Below, one piece after another: positions 1-9,043 of a DNA stretch of 64,000 nt. The stretch is from positions 9,106 through 73,105 of the forward strand of contig JAHEMY010000001.1 of assembly GCA_024643425.1 (NCBI GenBank). Reading direction: 5' to 3'. Made by a program: the position numbers and the translations under genes. The first letter of the stretch is position 1. Each line of letters opens with the position of its first letter. This stretch comes from Flavobacteriaceae bacterium (GTDB lineage Bacteria > Bacteroidota > Bacteroidia > Flavobacteriales > Flavobacteriaceae). Under the pieces are notes generated by a model that made no database searches, was not told the DNA's origin, and saw only the letters and a list, made by a program, of their open reading frames with translations.

Positions 1-1
1 T

Positions 2-331
2 GCCGAAGGAACTTTTAAATTCGATGGCGGAAAATCATTAAGAATTGCCGGTCAACACCTTTGGACAAAGCAAGATCGTAAAGACTGGATGGGTGGAGTT
101 GTTGAATATAACTTTAACTCAAGCCTATCCCTTTATGTTGTGGACGCTTGGAACTATGGAGGAGAAGGTGAAATTCATTATTACAATTTAGGAGGAAGTT
201 ATACAAAAGGTAGAACTCGTTTAGGAATGAATTACGGGCGTCAGCGTGGAGGACTAATTTGTGTTGGTGGAGTTTGTAGATTTGTACCGGAAAATAATGG
301 TTTAAGTATTAACTTATCGGTGAATTTCTAG
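2..331 (+). CDS. C-terminal fragment of a probable outer-membrane beta-barrel protein; the gene starts upstream of the window
   Basis: The frame is open from base 2 with no stop. It ends ...CVGGVCRFVPENNGLSINLSVNF, and a terminal Phe is typical of OM barrels. A strong hairpin terminator follows. Confidence 0.5.
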   Translation, partial: AEGTFKFDGGKSLRIAGQHLWTKQDRKDWMGGVVEYNFNSSLSLYVVDAWNYGGEGEIHYYNLGGSYTKGRTRLGMNYGRQRGGLICVGGVCRFVPENNGLSINLSVNF

Positions 332-350
332 AACCGGTTTTATAACAAAT

Positions 351-383
351 AAAAAACCCGAAGAATTATCTTCGGGTTTTTTT
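351..383. terminator. Bidirectional rho-independent terminator
   Basis: A-run, stem cccgaag/cttcggg (357-363/370-376), then T-run. It lies between convergent genes ending at 331 and 402. Confidence 0.8.
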
Positions 384-401
384 ATGTTTATGCAGTTAGG
401 A

Positions 402-1124
402 TTATCTCTTCACAATCTTTGTTACTTGATTTGCTCCTTTATTATTGGACAATTCAACAAGATACATTTGAGAAGGTAAGTGCGCAACATTTACTGAATT
501 GTTTCCAGCAGTTAATTGCTCGTTAGCTACCACTCTACCTTGAACATCAAAAATTCTTAATTGAGTAGCCTCGGTAGCTTCAACAACTAAAACATCTTTA
601 ACATCTGTTGAAGCGATTTTAGCATTTACTAAATTTTGATCACCAACACTTAGATTTGGATCGTAACGATAAGTAAATGTAAGATCGTCTCCGATTTCAG
701 AACCGGCTCCATCCACTTGATAAAAACGGAACACATACTCGATAGGACTTCCATTACCATCGCCTAAGTTCACAAAGTGATCTCCTTCTTGATTTTGATT
801 TTGTCCTGGCTCAATAGTTACTACTTCAGATCCTGGAGGATACGACTGACCGATGGTTAGTCCGGTATAACATAAACCAAAACAAAGTTCTACGTCAGAA
901 CCATCATTATTAACAGCGCTCACAAATTCTATTTTCATAAAAATCTGATCGGTAGTAGATTCGTTGTTTACATAAAAAGGAATCTCAGCCACGCCATAGC
1001 CAAACACGTTAAAAGCTATTGTTTGACCATCAACTATCGGGTCTCCATCATGAGTTTCGACCGTAAACTGAGCAGAAACCAACGCTGTGGTTAATGCAAA
1101 AAGAAAAAATAAATTTCGTTTCAT
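402..1124 (-). CDS. Secreted hypothetical protein with a T9SS C-terminal sorting domain
   Basis: N-terminal signal peptide (MKRNLFFLFALTTALVSAQ). The last ~75 aa look like a Por secretion tail (...LRIFDVQGRVV...MYLVELSNNKGANQVTKIVKR). Confidence 0.6.
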   Translation of the reverse strand: MKRNLFFLFALTTALVSAQFTVETHDGDPIVDGQTIAFNVFGYGVAEIPFYVNNESTTDQIFMKIEFVSAVNNDGSDVELCFGLCYTGLTIGQSYPPGSEVVTIEPGQNQNQEGDHFVNLGDGNGSPIEYVFRFYQVDGAGSEIGDDLTFTYRYDPNLSVGDQNLVNAKIASTDVKDVLVVEATEATQLRIFDVQGRVVANEQLTAGNNSVNVAHLPSQMYLVELSNNKGANQVTKIVKR

Positions 1125-1346
1125 TTTAAATAAGGAAATTAGGTTAAAAAATATGTCGCAATATAAGAATTACTAATCAAACATTCTTTTCATACGTTAC
1201 AAACTTATCTTAATTTCAAAAAACTGAATGTCAACCTAGTAATAACAATATTCCCTACCAACTTGATAGGTAAAATGTATAAAAACAAAATACCTTTTTG
1301 TTGTTAATTTGACAAAAAATAAGTAATTTAATTGAGTTCAATCCAT

Positions 1347-1354
1347 TATATTTG
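1347..1354 (+). promoter_or_regulatory. Bacteroidota-type -7 promoter box (TAnnTTTG)
   Basis: TATATTTG lies 38 nt upstream of the ATG at 1392. No clean -33 TTG at the canonical spacing. Confidence 0.35.
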
Positions 1355-1391
1355 GAGCTTTGATAATTAAAAATTAAATAAATTCCTTAAA

Positions 1392-3074
1392 ATGAAAAAT
1401 TTATACTTAAGTCTTTTGACCGGACTTTTTGCTACCCTAGCATTTGGTCAAACGATTGTTTCTACCACTCCTGAGGACAAGAAAGTGATTCTTGAAGAAT
1501 TCACTGGTATTTACTGTGTGTATTGTCCAGAAGGACACACCATCGCTCAGGGATTCCAACAAAATAACCCTGGTGAGGTTTTTCTTATTAATATCCATGT
1601 TGGAAGTTTTGCCGCTCCATCGGGAGGAGATCCTGATTTCAGAACTCCATTTGGAACAGCAATTGCCAACCAATCTGGTCTAATAGGGTATCCTGCAGGT
1701 ACGGTGAATCGTCACGTTTTTCCTGGACGGGCTCAAAACGGTGGAAATGGTACCGCAATGAGTCGTAACCAATGGGTAATTAGTGGAAACGAAATTTTAA
1801 ATGAGGCTTCTTATATGAACATGGCCGTTGAAGCTGACATAGATGTACAGACTAACGAATTGACAGTACATGTTGAGGCTTTTTACACTGGAAACAGCCC
1901 TCAAAGTACGAATAAATTAAATGTTGCATTACTTCAGAACAATACCTTAGGGCCTCAAACCGGAGGAAATGCTGGAAATGAATATGTACACATGAATCGA
2001 TTGATTCATATGGTAACAGGACAGTGGGGGGATGAAGTTTCTCCAACCACCAATGGTTCATTTATCGATAGAACTTACACGTATACAATTCCTTCAGCTC
2101 ATAACAATGTGCCCATCAAAATTGAGGATTTAGAGTTAGTTGTTTTCATGACCGAAACAAACCAAGAGATTATCAGTGGAAATGGAAGTTTCCCAACGTA
2201 TTCTAATTTTGAGTTCCAACAAGATGCTACGATTTCTACCGTGGCGCAAATTTCAGATCAGTGTGGATTTGAAATCGCTCCAGTAATTACACTTCAGAAT
2301 GTAGGAGAGAATCCTTTAACTTCCGTAGAGATTACGTATTCTGTAAATGGCGGTACAGCTCAAAACTATACTTGGTCAGGAAACTTAACTTCTCTTCAAT
2401 CAGAATTAGTAACACTTCCAGGGATTGAGTACAGTTTAGAAGGTGTAAACGAACTTTCTGTAAGTGTTCAAAGTGACGACAATAATACCAACAACACCTA
2501 TGTTCAAAGTTTTGATCAAACTTTTACCAACACTAATGAAATTACTCTTCTTCTAAACACTGATAACCAAGGAAGTCAAACTACTTGGGAAATTGTGAAT
2601 GTTGCAGGTGATGTAGTTGAAAGTGGAGGACCTTACGGAAATAACCAGAATATTAATGAAACGTTCAGCCTAGCTGGAGACTGTTATATGTTCAACTTAA
2701 CAGATGCAGGTGGAAACGGATCTGGATCTGTAGTACTTTTTGACTCTGATAGCAATGTTATCTATTCAAGCAGTGGTGACTATGATTCAGGAGTTTCAGT
2801 AAGTTTCTCTACCGAAGGATTCTTAGGTCTTGGTGAAAACGTTTTTGGACAATTAGCTATTTATCCTAATCCTGCCAATAATGTTGTTACGATTCAAAAT
2901 GCAGAAAATGCTGCTGTTGTTATTTACGACATTCTAGGTAAAAAATTATTACAAGTTTCCTCAATTTCAAATCGCGAAACCATTGATGTTTCAAGATTTA
3001 CTTCAGGAACTTACTTTGTGTCTATTGAAAAAGACCAACAATCTACAGTTCAAAAACTAATTATCAACCGATAG
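1392..3074 (+). CDS. Omp28-related thioredoxin-like surface protein with T9SS C-terminal sorting domain (paralog 1)
   Basis: Signal peptide. The EEFTGIYCVYCPEGH CxxC motif is typical of Omp28-related proteins. C-terminal tail: YPNPANNVVTI...GTYFVSIEKDQQSTVQKLIINR. Confidence 0.7.
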   Translation: MKNLYLSLLTGLFATLAFGQTIVSTTPEDKKVILEEFTGIYCVYCPEGHTIAQGFQQNNPGEVFLINIHVGSFAAPSGGDPDFRTPFGTAIANQSGLIGYPAGTVNRHVFPGRAQNGGNGTAMSRNQWVISGNEILNEASYMNMAVEADIDVQTNELTVHVEAFYTGNSPQSTNKLNVALLQNNTLGPQTGGNAGNEYVHMNRLIHMVTGQWGDEVSPTTNGSFIDRTYTYTIPSAHNNVPIKIEDLELVVFMTETNQEIISGNGSFPTYSNFEFQQDATISTVAQISDQCGFEIAPVITLQNVGENPLTSVEITYSVNGGTAQNYTWSGNLTSLQSELVTLPGIEYSLEGVNELSVSVQSDDNNTNNTYVQSFDQTFTNTNEITLLLNTDNQGSQTTWEIVNVAGDVVESGGPYGNNQNINETFSLAGDCYMFNLTDAGGNGSGSVVLFDSDSNVIYSSSGDYDSGVSVSFSTEGFLGLGENVFGQLAIYPNPANNVVTIQNAENAAVVIYDILGKKLLQVSSISNRETIDVSRFTSGTYFVSIEKDQQSTVQKLIINR

Positions 3075-3090
3075 TTTTTTAAAATATATA

Positions 3091-3122
3091 AAAGGAGCTC
3101 ATTCATTTGAGCTCCTTTTATT
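3091..3122 (+). terminator. Rho-independent terminator between the two paralogs
   Basis: 10-bp stem aaaggagctc/gagctccttt with an 8-nt loop and a T-rich tail. Confidence 0.6.
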
Positions 3123-3164
3123 CTAATTCTATTCAATAAAAAAATAACCAATCAATTTAATTTT

Positions 3165-4856
3165 ATGCAAAGAAAATTTCTACCCATGCTATTTATGGGC
3201 TTGGTTACCGCGGTAACATTTGCTCAAACCATCGTGAGTATTACTCCCGAAAACAAAAAAGTAATCCTTGAAGAGTTCACAGGAATCTATTGTGTATACT
3301 GTCCTCAAGGTCATGCGATTGCACAAGCTATCCAAAACAACAACCCTGGAGAAGTATTTTTGATTAATATTCACCAAGGAAGTTTTGCCGCTCCATCCGG
3401 AGGAGATCCTGATTTCAGAACTCCATTTGGAAATGCAATTGCAAATCAATCCGGTCTTGTTGGATATCCTGCAGGAACTGTAAATCGTCATGTATTTCCA
3501 GGACAATCACAAAATGGTGGTAATGGAACGGCGATGAGTCGTTCAGCCTGGACTTCAACTGCCAATCAAACATTAGCACTAGGATCCTATTTGAACATGG
3601 CTGCCGAAGCTACTATTGACGTTGCTACAAGAGAACTTACCGTTCACGTTGAAAGTTTTTACACAGGTGATAGTCCAGAATCTACAAACCAATTAAACAT
3701 TGCACTCCTTCAAAACAACACCTTAGGACCACAAACCGGAGGTAATGCTGGTAATGAATACAATCACCAACACCGTCTAGTGCATTTAGTAACTGGCCAG
3801 TGGGGTGAAATTATTAATAATACAACGGAAGGGTCTTTTGATGACCGCACCATTACCTATACAATTCCGGCAGATTACAATGGTATTCCTGCAGAATTAG
3901 CAGATTTGGAAATTGTTGTTTTCATGACTGAAACAAATCAGGAAATTATTAGTGGTAATGGTACCTTCCCTGAATACACAAATTTTGAATTCCAAAATGA
4001 TATTCTTGTAAAAAACATCCATGAACTTTCTGAAACTTGTGTAAATCAAGTAGCTCCAACAGTTGAGATTCAGAATGTAGGGGGTGCAACAGCAACTTCT
4101 GTGGATATTGAATACATCATTAATGGAGAATCACATACATACACTTGGACTGGAACTTTAACTCCTTTAGCAACTGAAGTAGTGGATCTTCCTGCCGTAA
4201 CATTCGATTTTTCAGGAACCAATACAGTAACTGTATCTGTTCCAGCGGATGAAAATAATTCTAACAACGAATTGGCCACAAGTTTTGATGATGCACAGGA
4301 GTATTCTGGAAATGAATTGACTCTTGAAATCACAACCGATAACTGGGGTGAGGAATGTACTTGGGTAATGACCGATTATGAAGGAAATTATGTTGCAAAT
4401 GGAGGACCTTATCCAGATAACACTACCATTACTGAAACGATCACTTTACCAGGTGACAACTGCTACAATTTTGAGCTTTTGGATTCTTATGGTGACGGTG
4501 GAGGCCCTGTTAGCCTTACAGATAGTGAAGGAAATGTAATCTATGAAACAAACGGATCTTACGGTTCAGGTGAGTCTAAAAACTTTGGTTACCAACAATT
4601 CATTCTTGGTAACGAATCTTCTGTTCTTAACAATGTTGTTTTGTTCCCAAATCCGGCACAGTCAACTGTAACTTTAGTAAATGCAGAAAATGCTGCGGTT
4701 ACTGTGTACAATTTGTTAGGTCAAGTTTTACTTACTCAAAAACAGATCTCAAACCAAGAAGTGATTGAAGTTTCAAGCTTTCAAGCTGGTACATACCTAG
4801 TGAAAATTGAAAAGGATGGACAATCGACAGTTGAAAAACTAGTGATTATCAAGTAA
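3165..4856 (+). CDS. Omp28-related thioredoxin-like surface protein with T9SS C-terminal sorting domain (paralog 2)
   Basis: The N-terminal half closely parallels 1392..3074 (EEFTGIYCVYCPQGH, GSFAAPSGGDPDFRTPFG identical). C-terminal tail: FPNPAQSTVTL...GTYLVKIEKDGQSTVEKLVIIK. Confidence 0.7.
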   Translation: MQRKFLPMLFMGLVTAVTFAQTIVSITPENKKVILEEFTGIYCVYCPQGHAIAQAIQNNNPGEVFLINIHQGSFAAPSGGDPDFRTPFGNAIANQSGLVGYPAGTVNRHVFPGQSQNGGNGTAMSRSAWTSTANQTLALGSYLNMAAEATIDVATRELTVHVESFYTGDSPESTNQLNIALLQNNTLGPQTGGNAGNEYNHQHRLVHLVTGQWGEIINNTTEGSFDDRTITYTIPADYNGIPAELADLEIVVFMTETNQEIISGNGTFPEYTNFEFQNDILVKNIHELSETCVNQVAPTVEIQNVGGATATSVDIEYIINGESHTYTWTGTLTPLATEVVDLPAVTFDFSGTNTVTVSVPADENNSNNELATSFDDAQEYSGNELTLEITTDNWGEECTWVMTDYEGNYVANGGPYPDNTTITETITLPGDNCYNFELLDSYGDGGGPVSLTDSEGNVIYETNGSYGSGESKNFGYQQFILGNESSVLNNVVLFPNPAQSTVTLVNAENAAVTVYNLLGQVLLTQKQISNQEVIEVSSFQAGTYLVKIEKDGQSTVEKLVIIK

Positions 4857-4871
4857 TCCAACCCAAATAAC

Positions 4872-4902
4872 AAAAAACCCGAGGAAATCCTCGGGTTTTT
4901 TT
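4872..4902. terminator. Bidirectional rho-independent terminator
   Basis: A-run, stem cccgagg/cctcggg (4878-4884/4889-4895), then T-run. It overlaps the rsmG stop codon. Confidence 0.8.
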
Positions 4903-5536
4903 ATGCCTTGCCTTTAAATTTAAGTGGTACATGAACCACCGCTTTAGTTTCAAAAAATTCTTCTTCAAAATAACGACTTAGGGGATAGACAGTTGCTTTG
5001 GGAAACTCCTGCAACTCCTCTGTAAGCTCACCGCCTTTGAGATATAATATGCCATTAGACAAACCGTGTTTGCTCTTTTTAGCTGTTTTATCGCGAACCC
5101 ATTCCACGAAGGAATCCATTCGAGTTACTGCCCTACTCACAATAAAATCATAATTCCCGGAGACTTGTTCTACACGAGAATGCGTTCCTTTTACATTGCC
5201 AACACCTAAGCCGGAGGCCACTTCATTCACCACCTTAATTTTCTTTCCAATACTGTCAACCAAATGAAAATTACTTTCCGGAAATAGGATTGCTAAAGGA
5301 ATACCCGGAAATCCCCCACCTGTTCCAACATCCAAAATATGGCTCCCTGAAAGAAACGGCTGAACTTTAGCTATTCCCAAAGAATGTAGTACATGCCTTA
5401 GATAGAGCTCATCAACATCCTTTCGAGACACCACATTTATCTGTTGGTTCCAAAAAACATACAATTCCTTCAATTTTATAAATTGTTGAATTTGTACTTC
5501 TGTGAGCTCAGGAAAATATTTTAAAATAACATCCAT
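4901..5536 (-). CDS. rsmG: 16S rRNA (guanine527-N7)-methyltransferase RsmG (GidB)
   Basis: SAM motif DVGTGGGFPGIPLAI; typical length and N-terminus (LTEVQIQQF..L...WNQQINVVS). Confidence 0.85.
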   Translation of the reverse strand: MDVILKYFPELTEVQIQQFIKLKELYVFWNQQINVVSRKDVDELYLRHVLHSLGIAKVQPFLSGSHILDVGTGGGFPGIPLAILFPESNFHLVDSIGKKIKVVNEVASGLGVGNVKGTHSRVEQVSGNYDFIVSRAVTRMDSFVEWVRDKTAKKSKHGLSNGILYLKGGELTEELQEFPKATVYPLSRYFEEEFFETKAVVHVPLKFKGKA

Positions 5537-5661
5537 AGTGACTTATTAACCGCAAATGTAGGAGTTCCTTGATAAATTTAGCATTTCATTTTAGAGATTT
5601 CACGGGAGTATACGTATTTTAGCAAATTGAAATAAATTACATAATTCAAACCTATCTTATT

Positions 5662-6762
5662 GTGAGTCAGAGTAGCATAAAATTTTCCCGAACAGATTCT
5701 GCCCAGTTTTTTCGGACTTTAAATAAAAGAGTGAATTCATATTTCAAGGACAATAACCTTTCCAAATCAGGAAATTGGCAATTGCACTTGAAAACCGTTG
5801 TGATGTTTGCGCTTTACCTTACCCCTTATTTTTTATTGTTTTTTATCCCAATGCCCGGTTGGGTTCAGTTTCTGCTTACCATTGTAATGGGTATAGGTAT
5901 GGCAGGAGTAGGAATGAACGTAATGCACGATGCTAACCATGGTGCATATTCTTCTAAAAAGTGGGTGAATAAAATCATGGGAGGGTCTATTTATATCCTT
6001 GCAGGAAATGTATACAACTGGCAGGTTCAACATAACGTATTACACCACACTTACACCAATATTCACGGGCATGATGAAGATTTGGAAGCAGGACGTGTTT
6101 TACGATTCTCGAAGCATGCCGACTGGAATCCATTTCATCGCTTTCAGCATGTGTATAGTATTTTTCTTTATGGCTTGTTAACCATTAACTGGGTTCTTAC
6201 TGCCGACTTTATGCAAACAAGTCGTTATTTAAAAAGAAAATTGGCCTACGGGAAATACCCTAATCCTTTTGCCCAATGGAGTACCTTAATCGCTACCAAA
6301 GCACTTTATATTTTTATCTGGATTGTTATTCCAATTCTATTCTTTGATATTGCTTGGTGGAAAATATTAATCGGTTTTTTCATGATGCATTACACAGCCG
6401 GTGTTATTTTAAGTGTTGTGTTTCAATTGGCGCACGTTATTGAAGATGCAAGCATGCCATTACCGGATGAGTCCGGCACCATGAAGAATACTTGGGCCAT
6501 TCACCAATTATTTACCACGGTGAATTTTTCAACAAAAAATAAAATTGTGAACTGGTTTACCGGAGGATTGAACCATCAGGTAGAGCATCATATTTTTCCA
6601 AACATCAGCCATATTCATTACACGAAGATCTCTCAAATCGTGAAGAATACAGCAAAAGAATTTAATTTACCGTATAACGAATACAAAACAACGAGAAAAG
6701 CAATTATCGCCCATTTCAGATATTTAAAGGAAATGGGGGTCAAACCAGTGATATCCTCCTAA
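5662..6762 (+). CDS. Membrane fatty-acid desaturase (front-end-like histidine boxes)
   Basis: Three His boxes: HDANHG, HNVLHH, HQVEHH. Several TM segments. GTG start. Confidence 0.8.
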   Translation: MSQSSIKFSRTDSAQFFRTLNKRVNSYFKDNNLSKSGNWQLHLKTVVMFALYLTPYFLLFFIPMPGWVQFLLTIVMGIGMAGVGMNVMHDANHGAYSSKKWVNKIMGGSIYILAGNVYNWQVQHNVLHHTYTNIHGHDEDLEAGRVLRFSKHADWNPFHRFQHVYSIFLYGLLTINWVLTADFMQTSRYLKRKLAYGKYPNPFAQWSTLIATKALYIFIWIVIPILFFDIAWWKILIGFFMMHYTAGVILSVVFQLAHVIEDASMPLPDESGTMKNTWAIHQLFTTVNFSTKNKIVNWFTGGLNHQVEHHIFPNISHIHYTKISQIVKNTAKEFNLPYNEYKTTRKAIIAHFRYLKEMGVKPVISS

Positions 6763-6765
6763 TTT

Positions 6766-7953
6766 ATGAATCCAAAATTGTCTCGTCGCGTTAATGAAAT
6801 GTCGACATCGGCCACTTTGGCTATGGCTGCCAAAGCTCGCGAATTAAAAGAACAAGGTAAGAACATCATTGGATTGAGTTTAGGAGAACCGGATTTTACA
6901 ATTCCCGATTTTGTAAAAGATGCTGCTATTCAAGCGATAAAAGACGATTATCATTCTTACAGTCCCGTTGATGGCTATCTGGACTTAAAAAAAGCCATTA
7001 TCCATAAGTTTAAACGAGACAATGACCTTACCTATAGCCCTGCACAAATTGTGGTCTCTACCGGAGCCAAGCAATCTTTGGCGAATTTGGCTCAGGTACT
7101 ACTGAATGAAGGTGACGAAGTATTGCTTCCTGCCCCGTATTGGGTGAGTTATGCCGATATTTCCATGGTAGCCGGAGGAGTTCCCGTGGAAATACCAGCC
7201 ACTATTGAAAACGACTTTAAAATTACCCCTGAAGCGCTAGAAGCTGCTATTACACCAAGGTCAAAAATGATGATTTACAGCTCCCCTTGTAACCCAAGTG
7301 GATCGGTATATAGCAAAGAAGAACTTCGAGCCTTGGCCGATGTTTTGGTGAAATATCCAAATATTATTGTGATTAGTGACGAAATCTATGAGCACATTAA
7401 TTTCGTGGGTGATCACGTTTCTATGGCCAGTTTTGAAGATATGTATGACCGCACGGTGACCGTCAATGGCGTTTCAAAAGCCTACTCCATGACAGGGTGG
7501 CGAATTGGCTACATCGGAGCTCCAGAATACATTGCTCGGGCCTGTAATAAAATGCAGGGACAGGTAACTAGCGGCGCCAATTGCATTGCTCAAATTGCGA
7601 CCATTACCGCTTTAGAGAACCCACCTAGTAAGATTCAATATATGGTGGATGCCTTTAAAGAACGAAGGAAATTAATATTGAGTCTTTTGGCTGAAATTCC
7701 CGGATTCAAAACCAACGAACCGGAAGGGGCTTTTTATGTATTTCCCGACATTTCTTATTTTTTCGGAAAATCTTTAAAAGGACATACCATTCAAAGTGCA
7801 GAAGATTTTGCCTTATTTCTCTTAGCAGAGGCCGGAGTTGCGACAGTGACTGGTGAAGCCTTCGGAGATCCTAATTGCATTCGCATCTCCTATGCCGCAT
7901 CCGAATCGGATATTAGAGAAGCAATGAAACGCATTAAAGAAGTATTACAATAA
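6766..7953 (+). CDS. Class I PLP-dependent aminotransferase (aspartate aminotransferase-like)
   Basis: PLP-lysine context VNGVSKAYSMTGWRIGY, plus the SSPCNPSG motif. Confidence 0.85.
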   Translation: MNPKLSRRVNEMSTSATLAMAAKARELKEQGKNIIGLSLGEPDFTIPDFVKDAAIQAIKDDYHSYSPVDGYLDLKKAIIHKFKRDNDLTYSPAQIVVSTGAKQSLANLAQVLLNEGDEVLLPAPYWVSYADISMVAGGVPVEIPATIENDFKITPEALEAAITPRSKMMIYSSPCNPSGSVYSKEELRALADVLVKYPNIIVISDEIYEHINFVGDHVSMASFEDMYDRTVTVNGVSKAYSMTGWRIGYIGAPEYIARACNKMQGQVTSGANCIAQIATITALENPPSKIQYMVDAFKERRKLILSLLAEIPGFKTNEPEGAFYVFPDISYFFGKSLKGHTIQSAEDFALFLLAEAGVATVTGEAFGDPNCIRISYAASESDIREAMKRIKEVLQ

Positions 7954-7983
7954 AAAAAGCCCGCAATTTGCGGGCTTTTTTAT
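7952..7983. terminator. Bidirectional rho-independent terminator
   Basis: A-run, stem agcccgc/gcgggct, then T-run. It lies between convergent genes ending at 7953 and 7997. Confidence 0.8.
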
Positions 7984-7996
7984 TCCTTCGATAGGA

Positions 7997-8800
7997 TTAT
8001 TTTACAATAAAACTCTTATTTGAAGTTCCAAGTTCACTCTCAATGGAAACAAAATAAGTTCCTGAAGAAAGCTTCACTTCCAATTGAACTACTTGTCCTT
8101 CAAACGAACGGGCATAGAGTTGTTGACCTGAAATACTGTATACTTTCATAGTTCCTTCAGAAGGTTCAGATAACTTAAACGAAACCATTTCATTCGAACT
8201 TACGGGATTTGGATATACAGAAAAGTTAAAGACCTGTGCTTGATCGCCAATATTCAAAATACTACAACTCGCCGGTTCTGGTTCAAAACCTGCCGGGAAA
8301 GCAGCTTCAAAGGTTTCAACACCTGTTAAAGGCCATATATCCAAATTAATAATTTCATTATTTGGATTAATCAAACAAAAAGTTGGATAAGCCGAAACCC
8401 CAAAATTGGTATCTACGGCAGCACTTCCTCCATCCCCACTCGCAGCAGGCGCATGATTAAAAGGTCCTCCATACATTTCTTCATAGGCAATTACTTGCTC
8501 GTCCGTATCAAATCCTCGGTTAATAGACAAACAGTAAACTTCACCTTGGTTACATCCATATTTATCGTGCAATTCACTAAACGTAGGCTGCCAGGTTTGA
8601 CAAGGAACGCAGTCGACAAAAAAGAAATCTAGAAAAACGTACTTCCCTTGAGCTGTAATACTATACAGGTTATGTTCATTTCCTTCGATATCCGTAACGG
8701 TAAAATCGTCTACGATATCTCCTAGGTTATAGTTTTGTACTTGGGCATAGCCCGTAAAAGAGGCGACTATAAGCGCCAAAACGATTGTAATTTTTTTCAT
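7997..8800 (-). CDS. Secreted thioredoxin-fold (TlpA/redoxin-like) protein with T9SS C-terminal sorting domain
   Basis: Signal peptide; YVFLDFFFVDCVPCQ (CxxC); C-terminal tail YPNPVSSNEMV...GTYFVSIESELGTSNKSFIVK. Confidence 0.65.
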   Translation of the reverse strand: MKKITIVLALIVASFTGYAQVQNYNLGDIVDDFTVTDIEGNEHNLYSITAQGKYVFLDFFFVDCVPCQTWQPTFSELHDKYGCNQGEVYCLSINRGFDTDEQVIAYEEMYGGPFNHAPAASGDGGSAAVDTNFGVSAYPTFCLINPNNEIINLDIWPLTGVETFEAAFPAGFEPEPASCSILNIGDQAQVFNFSVYPNPVSSNEMVSFKLSEPSEGTMKVYSISGQQLYARSFEGQVVQLEVKLSSGTYFVSIESELGTSNKSFIVK

Positions 8801-8811
8801 AGGTTAGGTTA

Positions 8812-8875
8812 TTAATGAATGCTAAAACTAATTAATAATTAATTACTTAACAATTAAAAAAACAGCATTCATTAA
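8812..8875. repeat. 12-bp perfect inverted repeat flanking a 40-nt AT-rich spacer
   Basis: TTAATGAATGCT (8812-8823) and AGCATTCATTAA (8864-8875), directly upstream of the minus-strand start at 8800. Confidence 0.7.
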
Positions 8876-9043
8876 AATTTTTCACCCATATCATTTAATA
8901 AGCTCTAAAGACAGCTATTTCAGCGATACCCCACTCAACTCATAGAATTATAATGGGTTACCACAGAATAACACCTAAGTCAATTTTTGATATGATTTTT
9001 ATTGAAATAGCTATTTTTAATCTTCATTCTGTACATTTATAAG

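Noticed and set aside
1437-1673. Antisense ORF (78 aa) with a similar antisense ORF (3189..3506) in the paralog, which might suggest a conserved overlapping gene
   Set aside because: The similarity (..SKWSSEIRISS.WSGKTS..) is a by-product of the near-identical 55-nt sense-strand patch shared by the two paralogs. There is no independent coding evidence.
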